The notes: generated by a model from the sequence alone, not told the origin. 32,000 bases of DNA from Paracoccus suum (GCF_003324675.1 NZ_CP030918.1:1050001-1082000); one strand, 5' to 3'; counted from the first letter of the stretch, positions 1-9,494 are shown. Numbers and translations: made by a program.

Positions 1-701
<701 letters not shown>

Positions 702-781
702 GGGCACATCCTCCGCGGAAGGGTTGGGGCGAACATAAGGCTTCGCGCGCAAGGTTCAATGCGCCGCATCCGCCAGCGCGT

Positions 782-1954
782 TCACATGGACAGGATTTGC
801 CTGAAATCATTCAGATTGCGCAGCGGGGCGGCGTGGGTGCCTGCCAGCGGCAACGGCCCAAGGCAGGTCGCGCCACGCCACAGGGCGGGCGCTGCGCTGC
901 CCGCGGATGCGGCAACGTGACACCCCGGCGGTACACCGGTGACACGCCAGCGCCCGTCCCAGATGCCGTCGTACTGCAAGGGCGCGGCCCGGGCGGCGGC
1001 CGCAGGCTCGCGTGTCAGGATGAGGAGGCCGGCGCGGGGGGTGGCGAGCATGCCGCCGAGGCTCGCACCCCGTCCGGCCTGCAGCGCATCGAGGGCCAGC
1101 CGAATCGTATCGCCGCGCGGCGGGTAGCCCGGGCCAGCCAGGACGCTCAGCGCTGCGCTGAGGATCATGCGCCGCACCTCGCGCGGGGCGGTATCAAAGG
1201 CGGGCCGGGGCAGGTGCAGGCTGCCATCGGGGTCCATCGCTGCACTGGCCATCGCCGTCGCCGCGACCTGCGCCAGTGCCGCGCGGGCCGAGGCGAGGTG
1301 CCGCGCGCTGTCCGCCAGCCGCGCCGGGTCCAGACCCGCGGCGTTGATCGCCGCGCGAACCCGCGCCCGGTCCAGCCGCAGGTCGTCATTGGTCGGATCA
1401 TCGATCCACTCGGCCCCGCGCCGGCGCAGAAAGTCGCGCAAGTCCTGCCGGCCGAGGTCCAGCAGCGGCCGCAGCCAGACCATGCCCTGCGCCTCGCGCC
1501 GGCTTTTCATCGCCGCCAGTCCGTCGATGCCCGCGCCCCGTCCCAGCCGCATCAGCAGCGTTTCAGCCACGTCGTCTCGGGTATGGCCTAGCGCCACCGC
1601 GGGCAGCGCCTCGGCCCGAGCCCAGTCCCCGATCATAGTCAGCCGCGCGTCACGCGCCGCCGCGGCCAGATTGCCGCTAGCGGCAGAGGAATCCCAATGC
1701 AGCGTGCGATGCGGGATTCCGAGGGTCGTGGCGGCGCGCCCGACCGCCGCCGCCTCCGCCGCTGAATCGGGCCGCAGCCCGTGATCGAGAGTCACCGCCG
1801 CCAGCCGCACGTCGCGGCGCGCGGCCCAGTCCGTCGCGAGGTGCATCAGCGCGGTCGAATCGCCCCCGCCGGACAGGGCAAGCCCCAGGGCAGGCAGGTC
1901 GCCCGCGAGAAGGTCGAGGGCCCGATGCGCCCGCGCCTCGGCCTCAGTCGCCAT
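782..1954 (-). CDS. tilS: tRNA(Ile)-lysidine synthase TilS
   Basis: Track ORF 782..2044 trimmed to the ATG at 1952-1954 (MATEAEARAH...). PP-loop motif LALSGGGDSTALMHL, then DHGLRP...HTRDDVAETLLMRL. The position between cpoB and ftsH is the usual alphaproteobacterial order. The start overlaps the cpoB stop (1944) by 11 nt. Confidence 0.88.
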   Translation of the reverse strand: MATEAEARAHRALDLLAGDLPALGLALSGGGDSTALMHLATDWAARRDVRLAAVTLDHGLRPDSAAEAAAVGRAATTLGIPHRTLHWDSSAASGNLAAAARDARLTMIGDWARAEALPAVALGHTRDDVAETLLMRLGRGAGIDGLAAMKSRREAQGMVWLRPLLDLGRQDLRDFLRRRGAEWIDDPTNDDLRLDRARVRAAINAAGLDPARLADSARHLASARAALAQVAATAMASAAMDPDGSLHLPRPAFDTAPREVRRMILSAALSVLAGPGYPPRGDTIRLALDALQAGRGASLGGMLATPRAGLLILTREPAAAARAAPLQYDGIWDGRWRVTGVPPGCHVAASAGSAAPALWRGATCLGPLPLAGTHAAPLRNLNDFRQILSM

Positions 1955-3194
1955 CGGCCAGGTCGGCCGCTGCCTCCGGGTCCATCGCGGCGCCGTCGGC
2001 TGGCGCGGCCGGAACCGCCGCCGGGCAGCCCTGCGCCTCGGCACGGCTGACCGCTTCGAGCGCCGCCGGGGTTCCCGGGAACCGCGCGGGGACGTCGGTC
2101 AGAAACAGGCAGGCATCCTCGGTCTTGCCGGATTTCGCCATCACGTCGGCGAGGCCCAGCAGCGATGCGGCCGCGTGATCGCCCGCGGGATTGGCGGTAA
2201 AGGCCTGCAACCAGGCATTGGCCGCGCCCGGCCCGTCGCCGGCAGCCGCCAGCGCCTCGCCCTGCAGATACAGCGCCTCCGGTGCGAGCGGGCTGCCCGG
2301 ATGATCGGTGGCAAAGGCGCCGAACAGCTGCGCTGCGCTGGCGTGATCGCCTGCCGCGGCTGCCTGTCGCGCGCGGTCCATGTCGGCCGCCTCGCCGCTG
2401 GGCGCTGCGGTGCCATCGGGCGGGACGGTGCCGGGGATCGGCGTCGGCATCGGGGTTGCAAGGTCCGGCGCGGGCACGTCGGGGGCGCCGTCCACCGCGG
2501 CGTCCAGTTGCGAGGTGGTCAGCGCGCCCAGATCGCAGCCCGGCTCCATCTCGCAGAGGCGGAACTCGATGTCCCCGGCGCGCGTGCTGCCCTCGGTGAT
2601 CGCTGCCTCGACACGGTTGCGCATCGCCTCGACCTCGCCGGTCAGGCGGGCGATCTCGACCTCCATCCGGTCCATGCGATCGATGGCGCCGGTGCCGCCT
2701 GCGATGGCGAACCCGGCAGGGCCGGAAGCGCGCAACTCGGCGCGCAGGGACTGCAGCGCCTTGCCGAGGGCGGCCAGATCGGCTCGCATCGCCGCCAGCG
2801 AAGCGGGATCGGCCGCAGTCGCCTGCGCCTGGTCGGGCAGGGCTGGGTTTTCGCCCATGGTATCAACGTTGACTTCGCCCGGAATGTCACCGGTCTCGGG
2901 CGCGATCTGGGGCGCAACTTCAGGTACGGCTTCGGGGGCCGCCCCGATCGGAGACTCGATTTGCGGAGCGGCTCCCGACGGGATCGGCGATTCGATCTGC
3001 GCGTCGACCGGAGCCGCGGCCTCAGGCGCAATCGGAGACTGGAACTGCGGCACGGCCTCAGGCGCTACCTCGGGCACCCCCGCAGGCGCAACTTCAGGCA
3101 CCGCCTGAGGCGCGACCGTCGGCGCGGTTTGCGCCCAGGCCGCCACCAGCCCGAGGCCCAGGATTGCCGCGGTCAGGGCGGGGCCGCGCCGCAT
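1944..3194 (-). CDS. cpoB: Tol-Pal associated cell-division coordinator CpoB/YbgF (signal peptide, Pro-rich repeats, coiled coil, C-terminal TPR)
   Basis: 416 aa. Signal peptide MRRGPALTAAILGLGLVAAWAQ. Coiled-coil stretch LAAMRADLAALGKALQSLRAELRA...IDRMDRMEVEIARLTGEVEAMRNRVEAAI. C-terminal TPR-like AAGDHASAAQLFGAFATDHPGSPLAPEALYLQGEALAAAG.... Lies immediately downstream of pal with an ATGA overlap at 3192-3196. Confidence 0.85.
   Translation of the reverse strand: MRRGPALTAAILGLGLVAAWAQTAPTVAPQAVPEVAPAGVPEVAPEAVPQFQSPIAPEAAAPVDAQIESPIPSGAAPQIESPIGAAPEAVPEVAPQIAPETGDIPGEVNVDTMGENPALPDQAQATAADPASLAAMRADLAALGKALQSLRAELRASGPAGFAIAGGTGAIDRMDRMEVEIARLTGEVEAMRNRVEAAITEGSTRAGDIEFRLCEMEPGCDLGALTTSQLDAAVDGAPDVPAPDLATPMPTPIPGTVPPDGTAAPSGEAADMDRARQAAAAGDHASAAQLFGAFATDHPGSPLAPEALYLQGEALAAAGDGPGAANAWLQAFTANPAGDHAAASLLGLADVMAKSGKTEDACLFLTDVPARFPGTPAALEAVSRAEAQGCPAAVPAAPADGAAMDPEAAADLADGD
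2880..3125 (-). repeat. Degenerate in-frame tandem repeats encoding the Pro/Val/Glu-rich linker of CpoB (xVPEVAP units and three IESPI/FQSPI units)
   Basis: Protein reads QAVPEVAPAGVPEVAPEAVPQFQSPIAPEAAAPVDAQIESPIPSGAAPQIESPIGAAPEAVPEVAPQIAPE. At DNA level the units gatcggagactcgatttgcgg / gatcggcgattcgatctgcgc / aatcggagactggaactgcgg recur on the + strand. Confidence 0.75.
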
Positions 3195-3838
3195 CAGACG
3201 CCGACGTCCGGCACGTCAGGCGGAACGTCCGGCACCGCGGGCGGCGTCGCCCCCGGCAGGGTGGCCACGGCCGCTGCCGCGGGCGCCCCGGGCGAGACGA
3301 CGGTGACCGCGCGCCGGTTGCGCGCCGAACAGGCCTCGTCGCCGTCGTTGCAGGCGGAGAGCGGACGCTCGTTGCCATAGCTGACTGTGCTGACCCGTCC
3401 GGGTTCGATCCCTTGGGCGATCATGTATTCCTGGACCGAGGCGGCACGCCGGGCGCCCAGCGCGAGGTTGTATTCGCGCGTGCCCTGCTCGTCCGCATGG
3501 CCCTCGATCAGGGCGATGAAGCTCTTGTTGCGCGACAGCCAGGCAGCCTGCCGGCCGACCTGCGCGCGGCCCTCGGGACTGAGGATCACCTGGTCGACCG
3601 AAAAGCTGACACTGTCGCCGGCACTGGCGGCGAAAGCCTCGGGCGAGGCCGTCCCGGGCAACACGCCGCGTGTCTTGCGGGTCACATCGCCGGTGTAGCG
3701 GGCGCCGGCGTCACCAGTGTTGACATAAGGATCGGTGACCGGCGCGCTGACGGTCGCTGGCGGCGGGGTGCAGCCTGCCACGGCTAGGGTCAGCCCCGCC
3801 ATCATGGCAGCGGTAGCGGCTTTAGGGGGCCAACGCAT
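3194..3838 (-). CDS. pal: Peptidoglycan-associated lipoprotein Pal (OmpA_C family) with a Pro-rich C-terminal tail
   Basis: 214 aa. Lipobox LTLAVAG-C after a basic n-region (MRWPPKAATAAMMAG). OmpA-like core IALIEGHADEQGTREYNLALGARRAASVQEYMIAQGI..VSYGNERP...RNRRAV. Lies between tolB and cpoB. Confidence 0.93.
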   Translation of the reverse strand: MRWPPKAATAAMMAGLTLAVAGCTPPPATVSAPVTDPYVNTGDAGARYTGDVTRKTRGVLPGTASPEAFAASAGDSVSFSVDQVILSPEGRAQVGRQAAWLSRNKSFIALIEGHADEQGTREYNLALGARRAASVQEYMIAQGIEPGRVSTVSYGNERPLSACNDGDEACSARNRRAVTVVSPGAPAAAAVATLPGATPPAVPDVPPDVPDVGV

Positions 3839-3863
3839 CCTGTCCTCCGGCGTCTCGCAACGA

Positions 3864-5183
3864 CTAGGGCAGCAACGGTCCCCACGAGGGATCCGAGGCT
3901 GCCGCCTTCATTTCGACAGGTCGCATGTTACGGCCGGTGATGTCCACCGAATGCAAGCGGGCGACGCCTTTGCCGCCCGGCTCCTGTCGCGTGAAGATCA
4001 CGACCCGGCCGTTCGGCGCCCAGCTGGGCCCCTCGTCATGGGGCGAGGCGGTCAGCGCCCGCTCGTCCGAGCCGTCGGGTCGCATGGCGCCGATGTGAAA
4101 GCTGTCACCTTTCTGCAACGTGAAGGCAATCAGATCGCCCTGAGGCGACCAGACGGGCGTGCCGTATTTGCCCTCGCCAAAGCTGATGCGCTTGGCCTCG
4201 CCGCCTGCCATCGGCATGACGTAGATCTGGCTGCGGCCCGAGCGGTCGCTTTCGAAAGCAAGGCGCTTGCCGTCGGGGCTGACGCTGGGCGCGGTGTCGA
4301 TTCCCGGACCCTCGACCAGAGCCCGGCGCATGCCGGTTGCGACATCCATTTGCCAAATGTCCGTGTTCCCCCCCCGCTCCTGCGAATAGACCAGCCAGCG
4401 GCCATCGGGCGTAAAGCGCGGGCTGAAACTCATGGTCCCGGGGTCGGCTGGGGGCTGCTGCACGGACATGTTGTCCAGGTCGAACAGCGCGATCCGGGGC
4501 GTGCCGCCGGCAAAGGTGACATAGGTCAGGTGCTTGCCATCGGGTGAAAAGCGCGGCGTCAACACCAGCTCGGCGCCGTCGGTCAGGTAATGCAGCCCGG
4601 CGCCGTCGTAATCCATCAGCGCCAGCCGCTTGACGCGGCGCGTGCGCGGCCCGGTCTCGGCCACAAACGCGATGCGGCTGTCGAAATAGGGCGTCTCGCC
4701 GGTCAGGCGGGTGTAGACCTGATCTGCCAGCTTGTGCGCCAGCCGCCGCTGCCCGTCGAGGGCGGCGTCGAACTGCATGCCGTCGCCCAGCGGGCGGCCG
4801 GCATAGATATCGAACAGCCGGAACTTGACGAACACATGATCGCCCACGACCGAGACGGCGCCGGTCAGCAGCGCCTGGGTGTCGATGGCGCGCCATTCCG
4901 ACCAGGCCACAGGCTCGTCAAAGCCGCCCGGCCGGGTCAGCATCGCTTCTTGCGGCAGGTCACGGAAGAGGCCCGTCCCGGTCAGATCGCGCGCGACCAG
5001 ATCGCGGATCGGGCCGACCAGATCAGCCGCGCCGCCTTCGTCCACGAAGGGGGGGATGGCGATCGACAACGGTTCGGTCACGCCCTCTGTGATCTCGATA
5101 TGCAGCGAGCCGTCCTGCGCGAGCGCCGGCAACGCCGGCGTCAGCGCGAGCAGCGCCGCAGCGATCAGCGGGCCCAGCCTCAT
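3864..5183 (-). CDS. tolB: Tol-Pal system periplasmic beta-propeller protein TolB
   Basis: 439 aa. Signal peptide MRLGPLIAAALLALTPALPALAQ. N-terminal TolB domain (IEITEGVTEPLSIAIPPF), then repeated propeller blades (PRFSPDGKHLTY, PRFTPDGRWLVYS, PSVSPDGKRLAFESDRSG, PVWSPQGDLIAF, PSWAPNGRVVIF). ATGA overlap with the tolA stop at 5180-5183. Confidence 0.96.
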   Translation of the reverse strand: MRLGPLIAAALLALTPALPALAQDGSLHIEITEGVTEPLSIAIPPFVDEGGAADLVGPIRDLVARDLTGTGLFRDLPQEAMLTRPGGFDEPVAWSEWRAIDTQALLTGAVSVVGDHVFVKFRLFDIYAGRPLGDGMQFDAALDGQRRLAHKLADQVYTRLTGETPYFDSRIAFVAETGPRTRRVKRLALMDYDGAGLHYLTDGAELVLTPRFSPDGKHLTYVTFAGGTPRIALFDLDNMSVQQPPADPGTMSFSPRFTPDGRWLVYSQERGGNTDIWQMDVATGMRRALVEGPGIDTAPSVSPDGKRLAFESDRSGRSQIYVMPMAGGEAKRISFGEGKYGTPVWSPQGDLIAFTLQKGDSFHIGAMRPDGSDERALTASPHDEGPSWAPNGRVVIFTRQEPGGKGVARLHSVDITGRNMRPVEMKAAASDPSWGPLLP

Positions 5184-7150
5184 CGAATCGCCATTCCCTG
5201 CGGCAGGAAGTTGATCACGATCTCCTGCCAGCGGTTGTAGCGGTCCAGCGGCAGCGGATAGCCAGTTCCGGCACAGCGCAGGATTGCGCGGCGGGCGGCG
5301 TCGAACGCCTGCTCGGCCGCCGCGCCGCTGCCGCCGGTTGCGCGCTCCATTGTGATCGAATCGGCGATCGGCAGGGCGTCGGGCGACATGCGCAGGCGGA
5401 TCGTGACCGTGGTGTTGCGCGCGGCGCGCGACAGCGGCCCCAGGTTCCAGCAGGGCGCCACAGCATCGCGGAAGGCCGCGATCTCGGCCGAGGTCAGGCC
5501 GGGGCCATCGCCCTCGCCATCCGGGTTGCCGCCCCCAGCGCCGGGCAGCACTTGGATCTCGGCCAAGGCATCGGCCAGGGGATCCTCGCCCGGCAGGGGC
5601 GCTGTGCCGTCCGCCTCGGCATTCGCCGCGGTTTCCGAGGCCGAGGGCGGAAGGCTGCCGTCATCGGGTGCGGTCGGATCGGCCGGGGCCTGCGCGTTGG
5701 GATCGGCGGTCGGATCGTCCGTCGCACCCGCCATGGCATCTGCCAGGGCGGTGGTCAGGTCGTCGGCCGTGTCCGGCTGGGGCGTGGTGGCGTTCGGATC
5801 GGTTTGCGGGGCAGCCGCAGCATCTTCAGCAGCGGCGACATCCGGCGGCACGGCGATGGGCGGGGCAGGCTGCACGCCGGCTTGCGCGAGGGCTTCGGCT
5901 AGCGGGTCCGCAGGTTCGGTCGCGCTCGCGGCAGCCTCGGCGTCGGCGCGCGCTTGCGCTTCGGCGTCCGCGCGTGCCTGCGCCTCGGCTTCCGCCTGGG
6001 CTTCTGCCTCAGCCTTTGCGGCTTCCGCTTCAGCCTGCCGGCGCGCGGCCTCGGCCACCTCCGCGTCGGCGGCGGCTTGTGCAGCGGCGGCCTCGGCCTT
6101 GGCTTGCGCCTCGGCGGCGGCACGGCGGCGCTCGGCTTCGGCAGCTGCTTTTGCGTCGGCTGCGGCCTTGGCGGCAGCGGCGCGACGGACACGGTCAGCC
6201 TCGGCCGCCTCGGCCGCACGAGCGGCTTTTTCGGCCTCAGCGGTCTTTGCGGCCTCAGCCGCTGCGGCGCGGCGCTCGGCCTCGGCCGCCTGGGCCGCCG
6301 CTTCGGCTTCGGCAGCCTGCGCGGCCTTTGCCTGCTCGGCGGCAGCGGCCTGGGCGGCCTCTGCGGCGCGCTGTTCGGCGGCGGCCGTCTCGCGCGCGGT
6401 CACCTCGGCGGCGCGGCGGTCGGCCTCGGCCTGGATGGCGAGGGCCGCGGCGGCCTGCTGCTCGCGCGCGGCTGCATCCAGCACGGCCTGCGCCTCGGCG
6501 CGGGTGCGCGGACGCTGGGATTGGTTCAGCGCAAGGCTCGGCTCGGGCGGCGGTGCCTCGGCCGGGGTCTGCGGCGGTGCGTCGGGGCTCGCGGGCGCGG
6601 ACGGGCGGTTGGCTACGGGCGCCGCCGGGGCAGGGGCGTCGGCGACGGTGGCGGCGGGCTGATCCGGCGCCGCAGGGGTCTGGGGCGCCAGTGCCTCGGG
6701 CGCGGCGGTGGCGACCGCTGCCGGCGCGCTCGGGCGCGACAGATCGCCGAGGTTCGGCGCTGCCTCGGGTCGGGCGGCCCCGGCCGCGGGCTGCGGACGC
6801 CGCGGCGCGCCGCGCGGCGGCGTCGCATCGACGGGCGCGGCGGTATCGTCGCCGTCGCCCGAGGGCGGGGCAGCCGCCGGACGCGCCGGCTGGTTCGGGG
6901 CGCTGTCGCCGCCGGGCGCCACCGGGCCCGATCCGCGCGCGGCAGCCGCGAGTTTCTGGAACTGCGCCTCGGTTATCGTTGCAACTTCGGTCGACTGCGG
7001 CGGCGGGATTTCCTGCGCCCGGAAGAGCGCCCCGCCAACGATGGCCCATAGCAGGATGCCGACATGCGCCACGCCCGAGACGAAGCGTCCCGTGCGCGCC
7101 GGATCGCCCTGCGGCACCCGGTCAGCTTCGTCGGCGGTCAGCTCAGCCAT
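5180..7150 (-). CDS. tolA: Tol-Pal system protein TolA, unusually long (656 aa)
   Basis: Track ORF 5180..7204 trimmed to the ATG at 7148-7150 (MAELTADEADR...), which overlaps the tolR stop by 8 nt. N-terminal TM helix FVSGVAHVGILLWAIVGGALF, a Pro/Ala-rich spacer, a long Ala/Glu/Arg/Lys helical domain, an acidic Pro/Asp-rich spacer, and a C-terminal TolA/TonB-like globular domain (AFRDAVAPCWNLG...TVTIRLRMSPDA...AFDAARRAILRC...YNRWQEIVINF). Confidence 0.88.
   Translation of the reverse strand: MAELTADEADRVPQGDPARTGRFVSGVAHVGILLWAIVGGALFRAQEIPPPQSTEVATITEAQFQKLAAAARGSGPVAPGGDSAPNQPARPAAAPPSGDGDDTAAPVDATPPRGAPRRPQPAAGAARPEAAPNLGDLSRPSAPAAVATAAPEALAPQTPAAPDQPAATVADAPAPAAPVANRPSAPASPDAPPQTPAEAPPPEPSLALNQSQRPRTRAEAQAVLDAAAREQQAAAALAIQAEADRRAAEVTARETAAAEQRAAEAAQAAAAEQAKAAQAAEAEAAAQAAEAERRAAAAEAAKTAEAEKAARAAEAAEADRVRRAAAAKAAADAKAAAEAERRRAAAEAQAKAEAAAAQAAADAEVAEAARRQAEAEAAKAEAEAQAEAEAQARADAEAQARADAEAAASATEPADPLAEALAQAGVQPAPPIAVPPDVAAAEDAAAAPQTDPNATTPQPDTADDLTTALADAMAGATDDPTADPNAQAPADPTAPDDGSLPPSASETAANAEADGTAPLPGEDPLADALAEIQVLPGAGGGNPDGEGDGPGLTSAEIAAFRDAVAPCWNLGPLSRAARNTTVTIRLRMSPDALPIADSITMERATGGSGAAAEQAFDAARRAILRCAGTGYPLPLDRYNRWQEIVINFLPQGMAIR
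5925..6510 (-). repeat. Low-complexity GC-rich tract encoding the Ala/Glu-rich helical domain II of TolA, with short tandem duplications
   Basis: Protein: ...AEAEAAAQAAEAERRAAAAEAAKTAEAEKAARAAEAAEADRVRRAAAAKAAADAKAAAEAERRRAAAEAQAKAEAAAAQ...AEAEAQAEAEAQARADAEAQARADAEAA. The DNA is dominated by gcc/gcg/ctc/ggc units (e.g. ggcctcggc recurs many times). This tract is the source of several long spurious ORFs in other frames. Confidence 0.8.
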
Positions 7151-7631
7151 CTTGGGCCGGCGCCGCGGCCGCGCCGCGACGTGCGCCCATGTCCGGGCCG
7201 CCACCGTCGGTGACCAGGACGATATCCGTGAATCCGGCGGCGTTCAGCGCGCCCATGACCTGCATAACCCGTCCATAGGCCAGGCTACTGTCACCGCGCA
7301 GAAAGATGCGCCGGCTCTCGCGCTCGGCCAGCACCGCCTGCAGGCGCGGGATCAGGTCGGCCTCGGCGATCTCGGTCTCCATCAGGATCAGCGGACCGGC
7401 AGGCGTGATCGACAGGGTCAGCGGCTCGGTCGGCTCGGACGGGACGGCCTGTGCGGCGGTCTTAGGCAGCTCGAGCGGCACGCCGACCGTCAGCAGGGGC
7501 GCCGCGACCATGAAGATGATCAGCAGCACCAACATCACGTCGACGAAGGGCGTGACGTTGATCTCGGCCATGGGACGGTGCCGCCGGCGTCCTGCGCGCC
7601 CGCGCGTGCCGCCGCTGGATGACGCGCCCAT
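7143..7631 (-). CDS. tolR: Tol-Pal system protein TolR (ExbD/TolR family)
   Basis: 162 aa. Basic N-terminus followed by MAEINVTPFVDVMLVLLIIFMVAAP, the hallmark ExbD/TolR TM segment with its conserved Asp. Periplasmic domain ...IFLRGDSSLAYGRVMQVMGALNAAGFTDIVLVT. Starts 4 nt after the tolQ stop. Confidence 0.93.
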   Translation of the reverse strand: MGASSSGGTRGRAGRRRHRPMAEINVTPFVDVMLVLLIIFMVAAPLLTVGVPLELPKTAAQAVPSEPTEPLTLSITPAGPLILMETEIAEADLIPRLQAVLAERESRRIFLRGDSSLAYGRVMQVMGALNAAGFTDIVLVTDGGGPDMGARRGAAAAPAQDG

Positions 7632-7634
7632 GCC

Positions 7635-8330
7635 TCAGCCCTCGTCCAGCTGGCGCGACAGGAGGGTCGAGAATTCGTCGGAGAATGTCTCGTATCCGCC
7701 GGCGAGGCGGTCGGCGTCGGCGCTGAGCTTGTTGTAGAAAATCACCGCCGGTATGGCGGCGAGGAGGCCCAGCGCGGTCGCCAGCAGCGCCTCGGCGATG
7801 CCCGGTGCGACGACGGCGAGCGAGGTGTTCTGCGACATCGCGATCCCCTCGAAGGCCGACTTGATACCCCAGACGGTGCCGAAAAGCCCGATGAAGGGCG
7901 CGGTCGAGCCGACGGTCGCGAGCAGCGTCAGCCCGCGCGACAGGCGGTCCTCCTCGCGCGCGACCACGATCGACATGGCACGGTCGATGCGCTGGCGGGC
8001 ATGGGGGATGACCGCGCCCTCGTCCTTGTGGCTGCGGCGCCATTCGCCCATGCCGGCGGAAAAGACCCGCTCGGCCGCGCCCGAGGGCTTGTCGGAAATG
8101 CGATCATACAGATCGTCCAGCGGCTGGCCGGACCAGAAGGCGCGGTCGAACCGGGCGGCGTCGCGGCGCGCGGCGGCAAAGGTGATCAGCTTCTGGATGA
8201 TCGTGGCCCAGGACCAGAACGAGGCCAGGATCAGTAGCACGATCACGATCTTGACGGTCAGCGACGCCCGCATGAACAGCGCGATCAGCGAAAAATCCAC
8301 CGGCTGGGCGGCGGCGGCGATAGTGTCCAT
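7635..8330 (-). CDS. tolQ: Tol-Pal system protein TolQ (MotA/TolQ/ExbB proton channel)
   Basis: 231 aa, three TM helices. Signature LATVGSTAPFIGLFGTVWGIKSAFEGIA...VAPGIAEALLATALGLLAAIPAVIFYN. Confidence 0.96.
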   Translation of the reverse strand: MDTIAAAAQPVDFSLIALFMRASLTVKIVIVLLILASFWSWATIIQKLITFAAARRDAARFDRAFWSGQPLDDLYDRISDKPSGAAERVFSAGMGEWRRSHKDEGAVIPHARQRIDRAMSIVVAREEDRLSRGLTLLATVGSTAPFIGLFGTVWGIKSAFEGIAMSQNTSLAVVAPGIAEALLATALGLLAAIPAVIFYNKLSADADRLAGGYETFSDEFSTLLSRQLDEG

Positions 8331-8483
8331 GTCACTGCCTCACATCGGGTTTGGTCATTGTTTCGCGGGCTTGTAGCAAAAGCTTCTGCCCGGTGTCAGG
8401 TCCGGGGTAACACAAAGGCGTGGGCAGGTCGTTGCGTCAGGGCGACGAAGGCACCTGGCGGGCGCAGAATGGCCACCGGCCAA

Positions 8484-9494
8484 CTAGACAACCTGCCATG
8501 CCGGGGGGATGCGGCTGTGTCCCTCAAGCAAAAGGTCGGCCACGGCTTCCGCGATCCACGGCGCCACGCCAAAGCCGATCTTGAAGCCGCCGTTGACGAT
8601 CAACTGGCCCGGACGGTCCGGCCAGGGCGCGACCAGAGGCCCGCGCGAGCGGGCACGGGGGCGGATGCCGGCCCAGCGGTCGATGACCGGCGCCGCGCCC
8701 AGAGGCGGGATCAGCGCCCGGGCGCGGGCGATCACGTCATCCAGCAGCGCGTCGGGACCCGGCTGCGTGAAGGCGGATTCAGACGTTGAGCCAATGGCCA
8801 CGGTGCCGTCGCCATGTGGTACGATATGAAGGCCCGGCGCGTAGATCTGCGGGCAGGTTGCCGCGTCGAACTCCAGCAGCGCAGACTGGCCCTTGACGCC
8901 GCTGCCGACGGCTCTTCCCAGCGCTTGACCGAGCGCCACGAGGCCCGGCGCGCCGGTGGCCCAGATGGCCGGGCCGTCCGCCGCGAGGACCGGACCACAG
9001 CCTTCGGTGAGTGTCGCACCCTGCGCGCGCAGGGCGGCGGCGAGCGCGGCAAGGGCCCGGCGCGGGGCGATGCGCGCGGTCAGGTCGTCGCGCAGCCACG
9101 GGCCGCCGGGGGCGAGGCCGGCCGGCCCCTCGACCAGCGTCATGCTGTAGCCAGGCCAATGGCGTGCGGCGCCGGCGATCAGCGCCGCGGCCCGGGTCGG
9201 ATCAGTGACGGGCTGCAATCGGCCGCTTCGCGCGTAACCGGGGTCGATCCCGCCGACCGCCGCAACGTCGGCCCAAAACGGCTCGGCCGCGACCAGGCTC
9301 TCCAGCTGGATCTGCTTGGTCTCGGTCCAGTTCTCGGGGGCATGCGGCGCGAGGGCACCAACCATACCGCCCGAGGCGCCGGCGCCGATCGCTGCCGCCT
9401 CCAGCACCTGCACCCGCGCGCCACGGCGCGCCATCGCCCAAGCGCAGGAGAGGCCGAAGATACCGGCCCCGACGACCGTCACATCGCTGGACAT
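8484..9494 (-). CDS. FAD-dependent oxidoreductase (DAO family); candidate stand-alone MnmC oxidase-domain homologue
   Basis: Track ORF 8484..10100 trimmed to the ATG at 9492-9494 (MSSDVTVVGAGIFGLSCAWAMARRGARVQVLE = GxGxxG Rossmann start, then GASGGMVGAL). 336 aa. The upstream 202 codons of the track ORF are antisense to the mnmC-like gene and look non-coding. Family assignment is by motif; the MnmC(o) assignment rests only on adjacency plus loose similarity. Confidence 0.7.
   Translation of the reverse strand: MSSDVTVVGAGIFGLSCAWAMARRGARVQVLEAAAIGAGASGGMVGALAPHAPENWTETKQIQLESLVAAEPFWADVAAVGGIDPGYARSGRLQPVTDPTRAAALIAGAARHWPGYSMTLVEGPAGLAPGGPWLRDDLTARIAPRRALAALAAALRAQGATLTEGCGPVLAADGPAIWATGAPGLVALGQALGRAVGSGVKGQSALLEFDAATCPQIYAPGLHIVPHGDGTVAIGSTSESAFTQPGPDALLDDVIARARALIPPLGAAPVIDRWAGIRPRARSRGPLVAPWPDRPGQLIVNGGFKIGFGVAPWIAEAVADLLLEGHSRIPPAWQVV

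Noticed and set aside
5352-7278. Several very long + strand ORFs (5352..6662, 436 aa; 5668..7278, 536 aa; 5954..7051, 365 aa), plus an out-of-frame minus ORF (6255..7049), overlapping tolA.
   Set aside because: They are Ala/Arg/Gly/Ser/Pro homopolymer-like translations of the low-complexity GC tract that encodes the TolA Ala/Glu rod. They have no motifs, no RBS and no sensible starts. The tolA frame has a TM anchor, a C-terminal TolA domain and operon context.
8385-8425. GTCAGGTCCGG in the tolQ upstream region, reminiscent of the conserved domain IV of SRP (4.5S) RNA (…CAGGUCAGGUCCGGAAGGAAGCAGC…).
   Set aside because: The match stops after GGTCCGG. The essential GGAA/GCA asymmetric-loop sequence and the long closing helix are absent. 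It is better explained as a short CCCGG-N8-CCGGG hairpin.
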